Shown: positions 61,881 through 64,000 of the stretch, piece after piece
Layout of the letters: each line of letters starts with the position of its first letter
Numbering within the stretch: the stretch's first letter is position 1
Source: an uncultured delta proteobacterium
Lineage (GTDB): Bacteria > Desulfobacterota > RBG-13-43-22
DNA length: 64,000 nt
NCBI GenBank assembly: GCA_963802945.1
Contig: CAWDKY010000027.1
Coordinates: 32,001 to 96,000 of the forward strand
Direction: 5' to 3'
Notes under the pieces: model-generated
Databases searched by the model: none
Seen by the model: only the letters and a program-made list of their open reading frames with translations
Told to the model about the DNA's origin: nothing
Program-made: the position numbers and the translations under genes

Positions 61881-62975
61881 TTAAGTTTCCATTTGTTTTT
61901 TTAAGTATTCAATCACCTTTTGATCGGCTCTAGGAAAAGGGAAGCGGTCGAGCTCGTCCAGATATACCCAGCGATAATCCTTGACACCGATGGGAGTAAT
62001 TCGACCCTTCAGCTTGCGGCAGAAAAAGCAATGCAGGGTGATTCGAAAATGGGTGTAAGCATGGCGCACCTGGATAAAACGTTCTCCCACCTTGATTTCA
62101 ATATTCAATTCTTCCTTGATTTCCCGTTTTAAACAGTGCTTCAGGGATTCCTGAAGCTCTTTTTTCCCTCCGGGAAATTCCCATAGACCGCCCAATAGAC
62201 CCTTTTCCGGTCGCTGGGTTATAAGGATTTTTTTCTGGTTTTGTATTACCGCCGCCGTAACATCAAAATGGGGAATCCGTTTCCTGGGCTTTTTGACAGG
62301 AAGCGAAGCCTGCCGGCCTGAATGAAATCCCCGACATCCTTTTTTAAGGGGGCAGAGGGTACAATCCGGATCTTTCGGGCGGCAGAGCAAGGCCCCCAAT
62401 TCCATCAAGGCCTCATTGAACAGGCCGGCATTTCTCTGGGGAATGATGTGTTGGGAAATATTCCAGAGCTGATTAATAGTATCCGTTTTTTGAAGATCCT
62501 TGGTGATATAAAAAAAACGTATCAATACCCTGCGGATATTTCCATCCAAGACGGGAAAGGGTTGGCCGTAAGCCAGACTGAGGATAGCTCCGGCCGTTGA
62601 CCGGCCTATGCCGGGCAGTGTGAGGAGTTCTTGAAAATCGGCGGGAATCTTTCCTTTGAATCGACTGACCATGAGTTTGGCCGCTTGATGGAGATTTCCG
62701 GCCCGGCGATAATAGCCCATTCCCTCCCAGGCCTTAAGTACATCTTGGCTTGAAGCCTTGGCCAGGGATTTTATGGACGGGAACCGGTTTATGAATCGGC
62801 GAAAGTAAGGCTCGACTTGTTGAACCTGGGTCTGCTGAAGCATCATCTCCGAGATCCAGGTGGAATATGGGGTACGACGAATGCGCCAGGGCAGGTCCCT
62901 TTGATGTTTTTGAAACCAAGAAAGGAGTTTTTTTTGAGGAAAAGATTCCATGAGGGGAGGGAAGTGATTAATCAA
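61881..62975 (-). CDS. mutY: A/G-specific adenine glycosylase with C-terminal NUDIX domain
   Basis: RDLPWR, SEMMLQQTQV, WEGMGYY, LPGIGRSTA, C-x6-C-x2-C-x5-C, WEFPGGK..REIKEE; start may be 62951. Confidence 0.95.
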   Translation of the reverse strand: MINHFPPLMESFPQKKLLSWFQKHQRDLPWRIRRTPYSTWISEMMLQQTQVQQVEPYFRRFINRFPSIKSLAKASSQDVLKAWEGMGYYRRAGNLHQAAKLMVSRFKGKIPADFQELLTLPGIGRSTAGAILSLAYGQPFPVLDGNIRRVLIRFFYITKDLQKTDTINQLWNISQHIIPQRNAGLFNEALMELGALLCRPKDPDCTLCPLKKGCRGFHSGRQASLPVKKPRKRIPHFDVTAAVIQNQKKILITQRPEKGLLGGLWEFPGGKKELQESLKHCLKREIKEELNIEIKVGERFIQVRHAYTHFRITLHCFFCRKLKGRITPIGVKDYRWVYLDELDRFPFPRADQKVIEYLKKQMET

Positions 62976-63104
62976 AGAACATTATCTTTTTTGAATCCAG
63001 AATCCAGGAGACAGAATTAAGCATAGAGATGAAGTAGTAAAAAGATTTTTGATTTTTTTCCGGCTTCGAACTTCTGTATTCTGCGCATTACAAATGGAAA
63101 ATAA

Positions 63105-64000
63105 CTATTCCTCGATGAGACTCCCGGGTTGAATGGCTTGATCTCCATATTTATCCTGAATCGTATCCAGGGCACGGTTGAGCCGGCCCCCCTTATTTGA
63201 ACCATCGGTTTGATTAAATAATAACAACTGACCTTCTCCGGGTTTGGTTAAATGGGAAAGATAAATTCCCAGGAGCCGGACAGGTCTCTTTTTGGTCTCA
63301 GTTTTTTCAAGGAGGTCCAGGGCAAGCCGGTAAATGGTTCTTCCATCATCCGTGGCTTCAGGCAGGGTCAGCGCCCTGGTGATCTGGGTAAAATCATGAT
63401 AAGTCACCTTAAGGGTAATAGTCCGGCCGACTTTGCCGTGCCTCCTTAACCGCTTGGCCACCCGTTGACTTAAAATCAAAATCTCTTTTTCGGCTTTTTC
63501 CTTTTCCCGAATGTCTTCCAAAAAAGTTTCTTCCCGTCCCAAAGATTTAATTGTTCTTTCCGGTTGAACCTCCCGGTCGTCGATCCCCTTGGAAAGAAAA
63601 TACAATTGAAGCCCCTGCTGGCCGAATCTCCGTGCGTAATAGATCTTTGGGCAGGCGGCTCAAATCTCCGATGGTTTTTACATTCAACAAGGCCAGGTCC
63701 TTTTGAGTCACCTTTCCAACCCCCCAGAGTTTTTCAATGGGCAGGGGATCCATAAATTCTCGAACTTTCCCTTCGGGTACAATGGTCAAGCCATCCGGTT
63801 TGTTTACATCAGAGGCAATCTTGGCCACTAATTTCGAAGGGGCGACGCCGGCTGAAATCGTCAGGCCGATATCTTCCCGAATCAGGTCTTTAATCTGTTT
63901 GGCGATCTCTTCCGCTGGCCCAAAAAGTTTTACAGAAGCGGTGACATCCAGAAAGGCCTCATCGATGGACAGAGGCTCCACCAGAGGGGTGAATCGAAGA
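63105..64000 (-). CDS. dinB: DNA polymerase IV (partial; frameshift near 63636)
   Basis: SIDEAFLD, AKIASD..KPDG, LWGVG, KSLGREETF, VRLLGI. Confidence 0.93.

Overview
Chromosomal window from an anaerobic bacterium. Gene content and intergenic repeat style suggest Desulfobacterota/Deltaproteobacteria (inference). Housekeeping and metabolic genes: cvpA-mazG, a TetR/RND/TolC efflux operon, a thiolase, CoA-transferases, MaoC dehydratases, a four-gene 2-hydroxyacyl-CoA dehydratase/benzoyl-CoA-reductase-like cluster, cfa, a Mo-hydroxylase operon, an ADP-forming acyl-CoA ligase, mutY and dinB. Two accessory stretches interrupt them. The first (about 3.5-11.9 kb) holds a sigma54-driven small membrane protein, a sedolisin, a patatin lipoprotein, a HEPN-motif protein, gene remnants and decayed integron attC-like sites. 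The second (about 24.4-36.9 kb) holds a single-chain, mitochondrial/CPR-type PheRS behind an unannotated Phe-rich leader peptide, a TIR-STAND gene split by IS630, a B12 radical SAM/hydrolase-MshEN pair and a TA module. These units are separated by recurring GGGGTC(A/G)GG / GACCCC junction motifs. Two apparently identical 1135-bp IS630 copies are present. Many genes carry single-base frameshifts that look like long-read assembly errors. I saw no rRNA, tRNA or CRISPR array. Family calls come from motif recognition by eye; no searches were run.
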